Origin: Patescibacteria group bacterium
GTDB taxonomy: Bacteria; Patescibacteriota; Microgenomatia; UBA1406; GWC2-37-13
DNA: 64,000 nucleotides
NCBI GenBank assembly: GCA_026004415.1
Contig: BPJC01000003.1
Coordinates: forward strand, 49,178 to 113,177
Direction: 5' to 3'
Positions 35,114-45,367 of the stretch are shown in pieces. How positions within the stretch are numbered: position 1 is the stretch's first letter; each line of letters opens with the position of its first letter. Both the position numbers and the translations under genes were made by a program. A model generated the notes under the pieces. It ran no database searches. It was not told where the DNA came from and worked only from the letters and a program-made list of their open reading frames with translations.

Positions 35114-36397
35114 TTAGCCTTTGTTTAGAGTTTCTAAAAACTCTGCATTGGTTTTTGTTTTGGCCAATTTCTCTATTAGCACTTTAAGTCTTTCTTCAGG
35201 GTCAAGCAAAGACAGCATTCTTCTAAGAGTTGCTATCTTTGTCAATTCTTCTGGTGTTTGCAAAAGTTCTTCTTTTCGTGTGCCTGATTTTTCAATATCT
35301 ATAGCTGGAAACACTCTTTTTTCAGCAAATTTTCTTTCAAGGTGAATTTCCATATTTCCAGTACCTTTAAACTCTTCATAGATTAAGTCATCCATTCTTG
35401 ATTCAGTACCAATAAGGGCAGTTCCTATAATTGTTAGACTACCTCCTTCTTCACAGTTTCTGGCTGCTCCTAAAAACTTTTTAGCAGGGTAGAGGGCGGC
35501 AGGATCTAACCCTCCTGATAATGATCTTCCAGTATTGCCTGTGGTGACATTGTAAGCTCTGGCAAGTCTAGTTATTGAGTCAAGCAGTATTATTACATCT
35601 TTACCCATCTCAACTAATCTTTTTGCTCTTTCTAAGGCAAGGTTGGCAACTCTTATTTGATATTTTGGTGGTTCATCAAAGTGTGATGCCGCAACTTCAC
35701 CTTTAATTACTCTAGATAATTCTGTAACTTCTTCAGGTCTTTCTCCTATGAGAATTGCAATAATATGAGCCGAAGGGTGATTTTCAGCAATTGCTCCTGC
35801 AATTTCTTTTAATAAGGTTGTTTTTCCTGCTTTAGGTTGTGAGACTATCAGACCTCTTTGCCCAAAACCAATTGGTGATAACAGATCAATAATTCTGGTT
35901 GAGATTATATCAGGTTTAGTTTCTAACTTGATTTTTCTGTTTGGATGAATTGATGTTAAGTTTTCAAAATACGGTCTTTGTCTGCTTTCTTCTTCGTTCA
36001 TTTCTACATTGTTTATTTTTTTAATTAAAAGAAGGCTATTAAACCGTTCACCTTCTTTTGGCGGACGAGCTAAACCTTCTATTTCATCTCCTTTTCGCAA
36101 CCAAAATCTTCTTATCTGTGAATTTGACAGGTAAACATCTTTATCTGGGTTGATGCCATAATTAGCTCTTAAAAATCCATATTTGTTGAAGGTAATATCA
36201 AGTATTCCTTTGGTTGGGTAGCTTAGTTTCAAGTCTTCCTCGAGTCTTTTTTGTTTTTCATCCGCGTCTAATCTATTGTTTTCTGTTTTGTTATTAGTTT
36301 TTGGTTCTTCTTGTTGGGGATCAATTGTTTCATCTAAAAGTGTAGAGGTTATTAACTCAACCTCATCTTGATTGTGGTCAGTGTTGTTGTTTGACAT
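35114..36397 (-). CDS. rho: Transcription termination factor Rho
   Basis: 427 aa; N-terminal RNA-binding region, Walker A PKAGKTTLLKEIA, and the RecA-type core through ...RKEELL. Confidence 0.95.
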   Translation of the reverse strand: MSNNNTDHNQDEVELITSTLLDETIDPQQEEPKTNNKTENNRLDADEKQKRLEEDLKLSYPTKGILDITFNKYGFLRANYGINPDKDVYLSNSQIRRFWLRKGDEIEGLARPPKEGERFNSLLLIKKINNVEMNEEESRQRPYFENLTSIHPNRKIKLETKPDIISTRIIDLLSPIGFGQRGLIVSQPKAGKTTLLKEIAGAIAENHPSAHIIAILIGERPEEVTELSRVIKGEVAASHFDEPPKYQIRVANLALERAKRLVEMGKDVIILLDSITRLARAYNVTTGNTGRSLSGGLDPAALYPAKKFLGAARNCEEGGSLTIIGTALIGTESRMDDLIYEEFKGTGNMEIHLERKFAEKRVFPAIDIEKSGTRKEELLQTPEELTKIATLRRMLSLLDPEERLKVLIEKLAKTKTNAEFLETLNKG

Positions 36398-36572
36398 ATG
36401 AATAATTAATTTATAAATAAAAACAGGCTATTTTTTTTACTTAGTCCTTCCATTTATTTGTTTATTTAAGCATAAACTAAAGATTTCTTATTTTGAGAAG
36501 TTTTCAACTTAAATCTACATTAATTATATTATAGATTTTATTAAATGCAAATCTTTTTTCGTTTTAAATAGT

Positions 36573-36747
36573 CCCTTCCGATGGGTGAGTTTAAGGCTTT
36601 TCTCCAATGCTCAACGGGAAAGGGTTTTTCAAAAGTACTGCTTTTGAAACAGACCCTTCTTTCTCCAATTCTAATATTAGAATCGGAGTTACCCTAAGCT
36701 TGGATTTCGTCAAGAAAAGCCCTTTAAAGTGTCGCCCATCAGAAGGG
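36573..36747 (-). ncRNA. Unclassified highly structured RNA candidate (~175 nt) upstream of rho
   Basis: - 13-bp closing helix (36735-36747 with 36573-36585), then further nested helices: TTTAAAGGGCTTTTC/GAAAAGCCTTAAA and TCCAAGC/GCATTGGA.
- Two internal hairpins: CTCCGATTCTA-ATAT-TAGAATTGGAG and AAGGGT..TTTCAAAAG-CAGTA-CTTTTGAAA..ACCCTT.
- Two positions are G:U on the minus strand but C:A mismatches on the plus strand, so minus is favoured. Confidence 0.45.
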
Positions 36748-36819
36748 TTAAAAATAGTATATCATATTTTGTTTTTTTATAAGTTTTGATTTGTTTATTG
36801 TTATAATAAAAACAACCTT

Positions 36820-37311
36820 ATGTTAAAAAAACTGTTTTTAATTTTTTTTAGTTTTCTTATAATTGTAGTTGCTTTTGTTTCAGGTGTAAGATATGGAAGA
36901 AGTCTTGAGGTTGATGAAAAATATATAAATACTTTAGCTAAGATTGAGTCTGAGTCAGAGCAGTCTGCTGATCTTGGTTATGTCGGCTTCAAAAGTTTTA
37001 AAATGGTAGAGTTAGAAAATTGTAGCCTTAAAATATTAGTTCCGGATTCTGCTGAAGTCTCTAGAAAGGACTCCAGTTTAAATGTATCTTATAAAGATCT
37101 ACAGTTGTTTGAAATATCTTGTTTGGAGAAACAACCTGATTTAAAGATTAAGACTAACACTAACCTTATTTTTAAAGGCAATTTTATAACAGCAGGTGAT
37201 TTTGGAGATTTTGTAGTTTTTGATTTCAAGCATCCTAAAAAAAACATTTGGTATCAGTTTAAAGCAGAGAAATCAGTTTATCCATTGTTAAATGCTGTTG
37301 AGTTTCTATGA
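36820..37311 (+). CDS. Hypothetical membrane-anchored protein
   Basis: 163-aa ORF with an N-terminal TM helix, overlapping the fmt start by 4 nt (operon-like). Confidence 0.5.
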   Translation: MLKKLFLIFFSFLIIVVAFVSGVRYGRSLEVDEKYINTLAKIESESEQSADLGYVGFKSFKMVELENCSLKILVPDSAEVSRKDSSLNVSYKDLQLFEISCLEKQPDLKIKTNTNLIFKGNFITAGDFGDFVVFDFKHPKKNIWYQFKAEKSVYPLLNAVEFL

Positions 37312-38243
37312 AGATAGTATACTTTGGGTCTCCAAGATTTTCAGCAAAATTATTAAAAACCATATCTGAAGACTTTGAGATTTTAGCTGTTGTAACCCAA
37401 AGAAAAAAACCTGTTGGTAGAGGTTTGAAGTTGAGATCAACTGCTGTGGCGCAGTTGGCTCAGTCTTTAAAGTTTAAAACATTTGAGGTTGGTTCTAAAA
37501 ACGACTTGTTAAACAAAGATTTGTTGTCTTTTTTGGAAAAATCAGATTTCGCTTTAGTTTATGCCTTTGGCTTTATTATTCCAGAAGATTTGCTTGTCCT
37601 GCCTAAGTTTGGTTTTTTAAATGTTCATCCTTCTTTGCTTCCAAAATTTAGAGGTCCTTCACCTGTAGTTTATCCTTTGGCATTGGGAGAGAGTTCAACA
37701 GGTGTTTCAATTATTAAGATGGATAGTTTAATGGATCATGGTCCCTTGATATTTCAAGAAAGAGTATCTATATCAGAAGATGATTTTGTTGAAGAACTTG
37801 TCATCAAATTGACAAGGATTTCTGCTCAATTTTTGGTTATGTTGCCATATAAAGGTCTAGATAATCTTAAATTTATTGAACAAAATCATGCTTTTGCGAC
37901 ATATACAAGGTTGTTGAATAGAGAAGACGGATATCTCCCACAATCAGTTTTTGAGGCTTTAGAAAAGTTAGATAATATTAAGTTTTGTTCGATATTTGTA
38001 CCAGATTTTTTGCGTGATTATATGAAAAATTATAACCAAAGTTTAGGAGACAACTATAGTTTGTTTTCGTTGTTTAGGGCATTATACCCATGGCCTGGTC
38101 TTTATACTTATGTTGGTAGGCAAAAAAAAAGACTTAAAATTATTGAGGTAACGAAAGAGAATCAAATAACAAAAGTTCAACTTGAGGGTAAACCAGTTGT
38201 TGCGGTTGAGAACATCGGAAAATATTTATCTAATTTTCAGTAA
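37308..38243 (+). CDS. fmt: Methionyl-tRNA formyltransferase
   Basis: MKIVYFGSP...VVTQRKKPVGRG...LNVHPSLLPKFRGPSPV are canonical Fmt blocks. Confidence 0.9.
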   Translation: MKIVYFGSPRFSAKLLKTISEDFEILAVVTQRKKPVGRGLKLRSTAVAQLAQSLKFKTFEVGSKNDLLNKDLLSFLEKSDFALVYAFGFIIPEDLLVLPKFGFLNVHPSLLPKFRGPSPVVYPLALGESSTGVSIIKMDSLMDHGPLIFQERVSISEDDFVEELVIKLTRISAQFLVMLPYKGLDNLKFIEQNHAFATYTRLLNREDGYLPQSVFEALEKLDNIKFCSIFVPDFLRDYMKNYNQSLGDNYSLFSLFRALYPWPGLYTYVGRQKKRLKIIEVTKENQITKVQLEGKPVVAVENIGKYLSNFQ

Positions 38244-38295
38244 GTTTTAGCAAATACTTGACAAATCTGCTAATAGTTTGTATACTTGATTTAGT

Positions 38296-40431
38296 ATGAG
38301 AGCATATTATCAGCCACCAACAGAACAAAAAAATTCTTTAGAGGAGTTTACCATCAATCTGACTGATTTGGCAAAAAAAGGTAAACTTGATCCTGTGATT
38401 GGTCGAGATCAGGAAATTAGAAGAGTAATGCAGATTTTATCAAGAAGAACAAAAAATAATCCTGTATTATTGGGTGATCCTGGCGTTGGTAAAACTGCTA
38501 TTGTTGAGGGTTTGGCGCAAAGAATTGTTAATGGAGATGTGCCTTATACTTTGAAAGACAAGCAGGTTTTAAGTCTTGATCTTACAGCTTTAATTGCTGG
38601 ATCTGCTTATAGAGGCGAGTTTGAAAAAAGAATTAAATCTTTATTGAAAGAAATTGAAAAGTCTGATGGTAAATATATTTTGTTTATTGATGAACTTCAT
38701 ACCATAGTTGGAGCTGGTTCAGCTGAGGGTGCTAGTGATGCGGCAAATATTTTAAAGCCTTCATTAGCTCGCGGTTTGTTAAGAGCTATTGGCGCTACAA
38801 CTGTCAATGAATATCGTAAATATATAGAGAAAGATCCTGCTTTAGAGCGAAGGTTCCAGCCAGTTTTGGTAGATGAACCATCTGCTGAAGACACATTGTC
38901 TATATTACGAGGGATTAAAGAAAAGTATGAGGTTCATCATGGTATTAAGATCTCAGACTCTGCTTTAATAGCCGCTGTTAATTTGTCTATTAGATATATT
39001 ACTGACAGGTTTTTGCCAGATAAAGCAATTGATTTAGTTGATGAGGCCGCTTCTGCAGTAAAGATTGAGGTTGAGTCGATGCCGACTGTTTTAGATGAGA
39101 TGAAAAGAAAAATAACTCAGTTAGAGATTGAAATAGCGGCTTTGAAAAAAGATAAGGATTCAAACTCAAAACTAATACAGTTAGAAGAAGAAAAGAAACA
39201 ACTACAAACTAAGTTTGATAAGATGTTTGAAAAATGGGAAAAACAAAAAAAGATTATTTCAGAACTTCAGAGGGTCAGAGTAGAGTTGGATGGTTTGCAA
39301 TCAGAATTAGAAAAAGCAGAGCGTGAGGCTTTGCTTGATAAGGCCGCTGAGATTAAGTATGGCAAAATGCCTGAACTGCAGAAAAAACTTTCAGATCTAG
39401 AGAAAGAATGGTCTAAAATTCCAGTTGAGGAAAGGCTTATTAAAGAACAAGTAACTGAGGAAGATATTGCCCAGATTGTGTCCAGATGGACAGGTATCCC
39501 TGTTACAAGGTTATTAAGATCTGAGGCTGAAAAACTTACTCATTTAGAAGATGAGTTAAGGACTCGTGTTGTAGGCCAAGATCATGCTTTACATAAAATA
39601 GCCAGAGCCATAAGAAGATCTAGAGCTGGTTTGTCAGAGGAGAATAGGCCTATTGGTTCTTTTATCTTCTTAGGTCCCACAGGTGTTGGTAAGACAGAAA
39701 CAGCAAAGGCATTGGCTTGGTCGCTGTTTAATGATGATAAGGCTTTAATTAGGATTGATATGAGTGAGTATCAGGAAGCTCATACTGTCGCTAGACTTGT
39801 AGGCGCTCCACCAGGTTATATTGGTTACGACGAGGGTGGTCAACTTACAGAGGCTGTCAGAAGAAAACCTTATTCTGTGGTTTTGTTTGATGAAATAGAA
39901 AAGGCGCATCCAAGAGTTTTTAATATTTTTCTTCAAATCTTAGATGATGGCAGATTGACAGATGGGCAAGGAAGAACTGTAAATTTTCAAAACACCATCA
40001 TCATAATGACTTCAAATCTTGGTAGTGAGTATTACAAAGACGGACGAGACTTTAAAGAAATAGAAAAAAAAGTTTTAGAGAGGGTATATTCATTTTTTAG
40101 ACCAGAATTTATAAACAGAATTGATTCTTTGATTGTCTTTAATGCTTTACAGAAATCAATGATTGATGAAATATTAAAGATTCAGTTTGAGAGGGTTAAA
40201 CAAAGGTTAAAGAAACAAAACATAGAGGTTGAGTTAACTCCTGCTGTAGAAACATATCTTAAAACTGCTGGTTTTGATCCTGTTTTTGGAGCAAGACCTT
40301 TAAGAAGGTTGTTAGAGGAGGTTATAGTTGACGAGATTGCTTACCAAATTATAGAAGGCAAAATAAAACCTGGAGATAAGATTGTAGTAGATTACAAAGA
40401 AAACAAAACAGTTATTGTCAAAAACAACTAG
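38296..40431 (+). CDS. clpB: ClpB-type AAA+ disaggregase lacking the N-terminal domain
   Basis: 711 aa; two Walker A sites ([15 protein letters not shown] and [15 protein letters not shown]) and a long coiled-coil middle domain. The protein begins ~14 aa before the [16 protein letters not shown] block. Only 52 nt separate it from fmt, so there is no room for an N-domain. Confidence 0.9.
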   Translation: MRAYYQPPTEQKNSLEEFTINLTDLAKKGKLDPVIGRDQEIRRVMQILSRRTKNNPVLLGDPGVGKTAIVEGLAQRIVNGDVPYTLKDKQVLSLDLTALIAGSAYRGEFEKRIKSLLKEIEKSDGKYILFIDELHTIVGAGSAEGASDAANILKPSLARGLLRAIGATTVNEYRKYIEKDPALERRFQPVLVDEPSAEDTLSILRGIKEKYEVHHGIKISDSALIAAVNLSIRYITDRFLPDKAIDLVDEAASAVKIEVESMPTVLDEMKRKITQLEIEIAALKKDKDSNSKLIQLEEEKKQLQTKFDKMFEKWEKQKKIISELQRVRVELDGLQSELEKAEREALLDKAAEIKYGKMPELQKKLSDLEKEWSKIPVEERLIKEQVTEEDIAQIVSRWTGIPVTRLLRSEAEKLTHLEDELRTRVVGQDHALHKIARAIRRSRAGLSEENRPIGSFIFLGPTGVGKTETAKALAWSLFNDDKALIRIDMSEYQEAHTVARLVGAPPGYIGYDEGGQLTEAVRRKPYSVVLFDEIEKAHPRVFNIFLQILDDGRLTDGQGRTVNFQNTIIIMTSNLGSEYYKDGRDFKEIEKKVLERVYSFFRPEFINRIDSLIVFNALQKSMIDEILKIQFERVKQRLKKQNIEVELTPAVETYLKTAGFDPVFGARPLRRLLEEVIVDEIAYQIIEGKIKPGDKIVVDYKENKTVIVKNN

Positions 40432-40534
40432 TTTTTTTAAGTAACAAAATCTTTGTTAAACTCATTAGTTTGTTTTTTTAATTATTAAATAAACTAATCT
40501 TTGCCTATTTAAAACCTTTATGCCTTAGATCTGC

Positions 40535-40576
40535 TTGACAAAAAACTTCTTTATACCTTATACTGGTATAAGGTAT
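40535..40576 (+). promoter_or_regulatory. Promoter with overlapping 10-4-10 palindromic operator upstream of the CsoR-family gene
   Basis: TTGACA (40535-40540), 18 nt, TATACT (40559-40564). A perfect inverted repeat ATACCTTATA-CTGG-TATAAGGTAT (40553-40576) covers the -10. Confidence 0.55.
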
Positions 40577-40595
40577 ATAAGTAAATCAATAAAAT

Positions 40596-40835
40596 ATGGA
40601 TAACAAAGTTTTTACCAAAAGAATAAATAGAATTGTCGGGCAACTTAGGGGAATAGAGAAGATGATTCAGCAGGATAGAAGTTGTGATGAAATTATCATT
40701 CAAATAAATGCAGTAAAGCGTGCTATAAACGGCTTTACTAAAGAATTTTTGGTTTCGGGTTTTTGTAATAGGTTAAATAATTTTAAAGATCAACAAGAGT
40801 TGAAGAGAGCGATAGAAAAAGCTGTTGATCTTTAG
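40596..40835 (+). CDS. CsoR/RcnR/FrmR-family (DUF156) transcriptional repressor
   Basis: 79 aa; RINRIVGQLRGIEKMIQQDRSCDEIIIQINAVKRAI is the family hallmark. Cys30 and Cys57 are present, but no His is seen at the usual metal-ligand position. Confidence 0.85.
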   Translation: MDNKVFTKRINRIVGQLRGIEKMIQQDRSCDEIIIQINAVKRAINGFTKEFLVSGFCNRLNNFKDQQELKRAIEKAVDL

Positions 40836-40866
40836 TTATAATTTTGTGTACAATTTGTGGATAACT

Positions 40867-41898
40867 ATGAAAAACAAAAGCGTAGGTATTATTGGAGGTG
40901 GTCCAGCGGGTTTAACAGCTGGGTTATACGTAGTTAGAGCTGGTTTTAAAACAACTATATTTGCTGGCTCGCCTTCTGGTGGTCAATTGATGTTAACATC
41001 AGAGGTTGAAAACTTTCCTGGATTTAAATCTATTCTGGGTCCAGAGTTGATTGCCAAAATTAGAGATCAGGCTAATCATTTTGGAGCTGATATTAAAGAC
41101 AAAAATATTGTTCAAGTTTTTTTTGATCAAAAACCATTTGTTTTGATAGATAATGATAGTGTTAAGTATTATTTTGATGCAGTTATTGTAGCTGTTGGAG
41201 CAAAAGCTATGTGGCTAAATCTTGAATCTGAACAAAGGCTTATAGGTAAAGGAGTTTCTGCTTGCGCTGTTTGTGATGGCTTCTTTTTTAAAAACAAAAC
41301 AGTAGCAGTTGTGGGTGGAGGAGATACAGCTATGGAAGAGGCTTTAACATTGACTAAGTTTGCTAAAAAGGTGTTTATAATACACCGTCGTGACAAATTC
41401 AGAGCCTCTCAAATTATGCAGGATAGGGTTTTTGGCAACGATAAAATTGAGATTATTTGGAATTCAGAAGTTAAAGAGGTTTTAGGCAAAGATAGAGTTG
41501 AAGGTGTAGTTTTGTCGCAGAATAAATTAGATGGCAAAATCTCTGAACATCAATTAAGTGTTGATGGTTTATTTATAGCTATTGGCCATAAACCAGATAC
41601 TGAGATTTTCAAAGATCAGATCGAACTTGACTCTAAAGGTTATATTATAAATACAGATAGACTCTCGTATGAGATATTGCTGTCTCAACAAGGCAATGCA
41701 ATGATAGAGGAGCCTCGTCTTAAAAGGTTGATTTCTATTTGGAGCGCTGGTCAATTTAATTATAAAACAGCAACATCTGTCAAAGGTGTTTTTAGCGCAG
41801 GAGACTGCGTTGATTTTATTTATAGACAGGCTAGCACTGCTGTTGGTTTGGGAGCAATGAGCGCTTTGGATGCTGAAAAGTTCTTAGAGAATAATTAA
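40867..41898 (+). CDS. trxB: Thioredoxin-disulfide reductase
   Basis: GIIGGGPAGLTAG (FAD), redox-active CAVCDG, GGGDTAMEEA (NADPH). ATG 40867 preferred to the track start 40825. Carries a ~35-aa insertion before the C-terminal GVFSAGDC block. Confidence 0.9.
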   Translation: MKNKSVGIIGGGPAGLTAGLYVVRAGFKTTIFAGSPSGGQLMLTSEVENFPGFKSILGPELIAKIRDQANHFGADIKDKNIVQVFFDQKPFVLIDNDSVKYYFDAVIVAVGAKAMWLNLESEQRLIGKGVSACAVCDGFFFKNKTVAVVGGGDTAMEEALTLTKFAKKVFIIHRRDKFRASQIMQDRVFGNDKIEIIWNSEVKEVLGKDRVEGVVLSQNKLDGKISEHQLSVDGLFIAIGHKPDTEIFKDQIELDSKGYIINTDRLSYEILLSQQGNAMIEEPRLKRLISIWSAGQFNYKTATSVKGVFSAGDCVDFIYRQASTAVGLGAMSALDAEKFLENN

Positions 41899-41929
41899 TA
41901 TTATTATTAAGTTTCTTTTTTTAATTAAT

Positions 41930-43186
41930 ATGTGGCAGGAAATTCAAAACTTAATTAAAGCCAGTGGTGAGAGAATAAAGGCAGATTCTAATTTAATTAC
42001 TCAATTGTTGGAACATGATTTTGTTTATGAGTTTGCAATTCCTGTTAATATGGATGATGGAAGTGTTAAGGTTTTTAAAGGTTATAGAGCTCAACATAAC
42101 AACTGGAGAGGCCCTTATAAAGGAGGGATTAGATTTCATCAGAGTGTAAATTTAGATGAGGTTAAGATGTTGTCTGCTCTTATGACTTTAAAAAACGCAT
42201 TGGTCGAGCTTCCATTTGGAGGAGGCAAAGGTGGTGTAGTGGTTAATCCAGCTGAGTTGTCTGAAAGAGAACTAGAGCTCTTATCAAGAGGTTATGTAAA
42301 AAAAATATATCAGCACATAGGATCGGACAAAGACATTCCAGCTCCAGATGTGAATACTAATCCTAAAATTTTGTCTTGGATGCAAGAAGAATATGAAAGT
42401 CTCACTCAGTCAAAAATTTTTTCAGCATTTACTGGAAAAACCATTGAGTCCGGCGGTAGTTATGGTAGAGAAGAAGCTACGGGTTTTGGAGGTGTTGTTG
42501 TATTAAAAAGGCTTGTTGAAAAATTGGGTTTGTTTAAAAACAATAAGGATATTACTATTGCCGTGCAGGGTTTTGGTAATGTAGGATATTATTTTGCCAA
42601 GTTTGCTTTTGATGCGGGTTTTAAGGTCATCGCCGTTTCAGATAGTAAAGGAGCTGTTTATGTAAAGGATGGATTAGATCCTGTAGCTACTTTGAAATGC
42701 AAGTATGAAAAAGGTACTGTAGCTGGTTGTTACTGCGTAGGTTCTGTTTGTGATGTTAAATTTGGTCAGAGTATTAATAACAATGATTTGCTGGCGATGG
42801 ATGTCGATGTTTTGGTGCCAGCGGCTTTAGAAAATGCCATAAATAAAGCAAATATGAAAGATGTAAAAGCAAAGGTTATTGTTGAAATGGCTAACTCTGC
42901 CATATCAGAGTCTGCTTTGAGTTATTTAAATCAAAAAGGAGTAATAGTTGTTCCTGGTATTCTAGCAAATAGTGGTGGTGTAATTGGTTCTTATTTTGAG
43001 TGGGTTCAAGGTAGAACAGGTTTGTGGTGGGATAAAGATAAAGTATTGCGCAGTATTGATAAAAAATTATCTTTAGCTGTAGATAAGGTTGTAACATCTT
43101 TTAAAGACTCAGAGCTTGATTTTAGTCAGGTTTGTTATGACCTGTCTGTTAAAAATTTAATTAAAGTCAGAACTTATAATCTCTAA
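41930..43186 (+). CDS. gdhA: Glutamate dehydrogenase (Glu/Leu/Phe/Val dehydrogenase family)
   Basis: GPYKGGIRFH, LPFGGGKGGV and GFGNVG Rossmann motifs; 418 aa. Confidence 0.9.
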   Translation: MWQEIQNLIKASGERIKADSNLITQLLEHDFVYEFAIPVNMDDGSVKVFKGYRAQHNNWRGPYKGGIRFHQSVNLDEVKMLSALMTLKNALVELPFGGGKGGVVVNPAELSERELELLSRGYVKKIYQHIGSDKDIPAPDVNTNPKILSWMQEEYESLTQSKIFSAFTGKTIESGGSYGREEATGFGGVVVLKRLVEKLGLFKNNKDITIAVQGFGNVGYYFAKFAFDAGFKVIAVSDSKGAVYVKDGLDPVATLKCKYEKGTVAGCYCVGSVCDVKFGQSINNNDLLAMDVDVLVPAALENAINKANMKDVKAKVIVEMANSAISESALSYLNQKGVIVVPGILANSGGVIGSYFEWVQGRTGLWWDKDKVLRSIDKKLSLAVDKVVTSFKDSELDFSQVCYDLSVKNLIKVRTYNL

Positions 43187-43270
43187 TTTATATAAAGATC
43201 TAATCTCAATTTGTTATTATTTTTATAATTAAGACTTGAAAAAATTCTAAAAGGATTTATTATTAGTAGT

Positions 43271-45331
43271 ATGAATAATTTAGAGATAGATAATTTTAAT
43301 AAGATAATCTTTACTGCAAAAAGGTATCTAGTTTGGTTAATTTTCTTCTTATATCCGCTGTTTTTTTTACCTTTTTTTAGAGATGTATACTCGATTCCTA
43401 AAAATTTATTCATAATTTATTCAGCTTTATTGCTTTTAATCTTTGATTTTTTTTATATTCTTATAAACAAAAAAATAGTTTGGAGAAAATCAAGATTAGA
43501 TTTACCTTTATATCTGTTTTTATTGATCTATGGATTAAGTATATACATAATGTCTCCTAATAAATGGCAGGCACTGTTTTTGTCATCAGAGGCCTATGCT
43601 GTTTGGATTGGTTGGGCAATAATCTTGTTTTCTGCTGTATCTGTTAATTTGGATGTCATAAAACCTTTAATTATCTCTGGTTTTTTGTCTGCTTTAAATA
43701 TTTTTTTATCGTTTATCAATATTTTTTCTTTGTTTAATCTGCCAGATAGTTTTGGTTTTGTAAAAAATAATTATTTTGTAACTACTGGTTCTTATCTGGA
43801 GTCATTGGTTTTTGTTGGGTTTGTTTTATTATATTTGATCTTTAGTTTTGTATTTAAATCAGATCAAAAATCTGAGTCAAATGGTTTTTGGCAGTTGTTT
43901 GAAAACATTGTTTTAGTTACTTCTATAATAGCTATAATATTAGGTGTCTACAACATAATTAATCCTGTTGAGGTTAATGGTCAGTTGTTTAGTCTTGTTT
44001 TGCCTCCTTTTAGAACATCATGGTATGCGGCAGTAGAGATTTTAAAGTCTCCATTGACAGCGTTATTTGGCGTAGGGCCAAATAATTTTTCTTCTATATT
44101 TACACGAGTTAAGACAATTGATTATAATATGTCAGATCTTTGGACTATCTCTAGTTTTAATCTGTCTGCCAGTTTCTTTTTGCACATTTTAACAGTCAGC
44201 GGCATTTTAGGGATTGCTAGTTTTGTATATTATCTATCGGTAGTTTATCGTCAGTTATATAATAACTCGGACGCGAAGCTAGTTTATATATTCTATATAT
44301 TGATACTATTGTTTTTGCTTTTGCCATTGTTGCCTATACTGACTTATCTGTTGTTTGCTTTATCTGTAAAAGCAGGTGGAACAACCGAGGATTATGAGAT
44401 TAATATTGGTTCTATTCCTTTGGTTTATATATCTAGTCTTGGCGTAAGTTTAGCTCTAATTGTTGGAGGTTTTTATTATAGTATTAAATACACTAAAGCA
44501 GAGTTGTTTTTTTATCGAGGCATACAAGCATTAAATAAAAACTCAGCAGTTGATGTTTTTGAAAATCATCGTAAAGCAATAATTGAGTTTCCCTACCTTG
44601 AAGCTTTACGAAGGAACTTTAGTCAGATAAATATGGCTTTGGCTGAGAATTATCTAAACCAATTGGTTGAGGAAAACAAAAAGGAAAAGGCAGATCAAGA
44701 AAAAATAACCAATTTAAGAAATTCCTTAAATCAGGCTATCCAAGCAAGCATAGATGAAGCTAAAGCTGTAACTGCATTAAATTCCCAGAAAGCAGAGAAC
44801 TGGGCCTTTTTAGGCAGTATCTATAGAAATATTTTAAACCTTGCTCAAAACGCTGATGCCTGGGCAATATCATCTTACCAACGAGCTGTCCAGCTTGATC
44901 CATTGAACCCCAACTATAAAATAGAATTAGGAGGATTGTTTTATGCTTTACAGCAATATAATGATGCTGAAAGGTTGTTTGAGTCTGCGATTGCCTCAAA
45001 ACCAGATTGGGCTAATGCGTATTACAATTTAGCTTGGACAGCTTATCAGAAGAAAGATATAAATAAAGCAGTTAATGCTATGCAGAGTGTTGTTTCTTTG
45101 ATGGAAAGCAATGATAAAGCAGATAAAGATTCTTTAGAGAAGGCAAAAAAAGAGCTTGAAGAGTTTAAAAAACAACTGCCATCAAATGAAGGCTCAGCTA
45201 CTTCAGGAGCTGATCTGAAAGATCAGGGTCAAGATCAGTTGCAGATACCAACGCCTCCTCAGCAAGAAATAGATCAAAAAATCAATTTACCAGAGTCCGC
45301 TTCTCCAGACACTACTCAAGAAGGTCAATAA
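43271..45331 (+). CDS. Polytopic membrane protein (O-antigen-ligase/Wzy-like region) with C-terminal TPR repeats
   Basis: ~400 aa of TM segments, followed by TPR-like repeats (SYQRAVQLDPLNPNYKIELGGLFYALQQYNDAERLFESAIASKPDWANAYYNLAW...). Confidence 0.55.
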   Translation: MNNLEIDNFNKIIFTAKRYLVWLIFFLYPLFFLPFFRDVYSIPKNLFIIYSALLLLIFDFFYILINKKIVWRKSRLDLPLYLFLLIYGLSIYIMSPNKWQALFLSSEAYAVWIGWAIILFSAVSVNLDVIKPLIISGFLSALNIFLSFINIFSLFNLPDSFGFVKNNYFVTTGSYLESLVFVGFVLLYLIFSFVFKSDQKSESNGFWQLFENIVLVTSIIAIILGVYNIINPVEVNGQLFSLVLPPFRTSWYAAVEILKSPLTALFGVGPNNFSSIFTRVKTIDYNMSDLWTISSFNLSASFFLHILTVSGILGIASFVYYLSVVYRQLYNNSDAKLVYIFYILILLFLLLPLLPILTYLLFALSVKAGGTTEDYEINIGSIPLVYISSLGVSLALIVGGFYYSIKYTKAELFFYRGIQALNKNSAVDVFENHRKAIIEFPYLEALRRNFSQINMALAENYLNQLVEENKKEKADQEKITNLRNSLNQAIQASIDEAKAVTALNSQKAENWAFLGSIYRNILNLAQNADAWAISSYQRAVQLDPLNPNYKIELGGLFYALQQYNDAERLFESAIASKPDWANAYYNLAWTAYQKKDINKAVNAMQSVVSLMESNDKADKDSLEKAKKELEEFKKQLPSNEGSATSGADLKDQGQDQLQIPTPPQQEIDQKINLPESASPDTTQEGQ

Positions 45332-45367
45332 GTTAGGTTTATTCAAGTTTGTTATAATAAAAAAACA

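Noticed and set aside
36607-36789. 60-aa plus-strand ORF in the rho upstream region.
   Set aside because: It overlaps the nested-helix RNA candidate almost exactly, has no ribosome-binding site or recognisable domain, and the helices explain the sequence constraints better.
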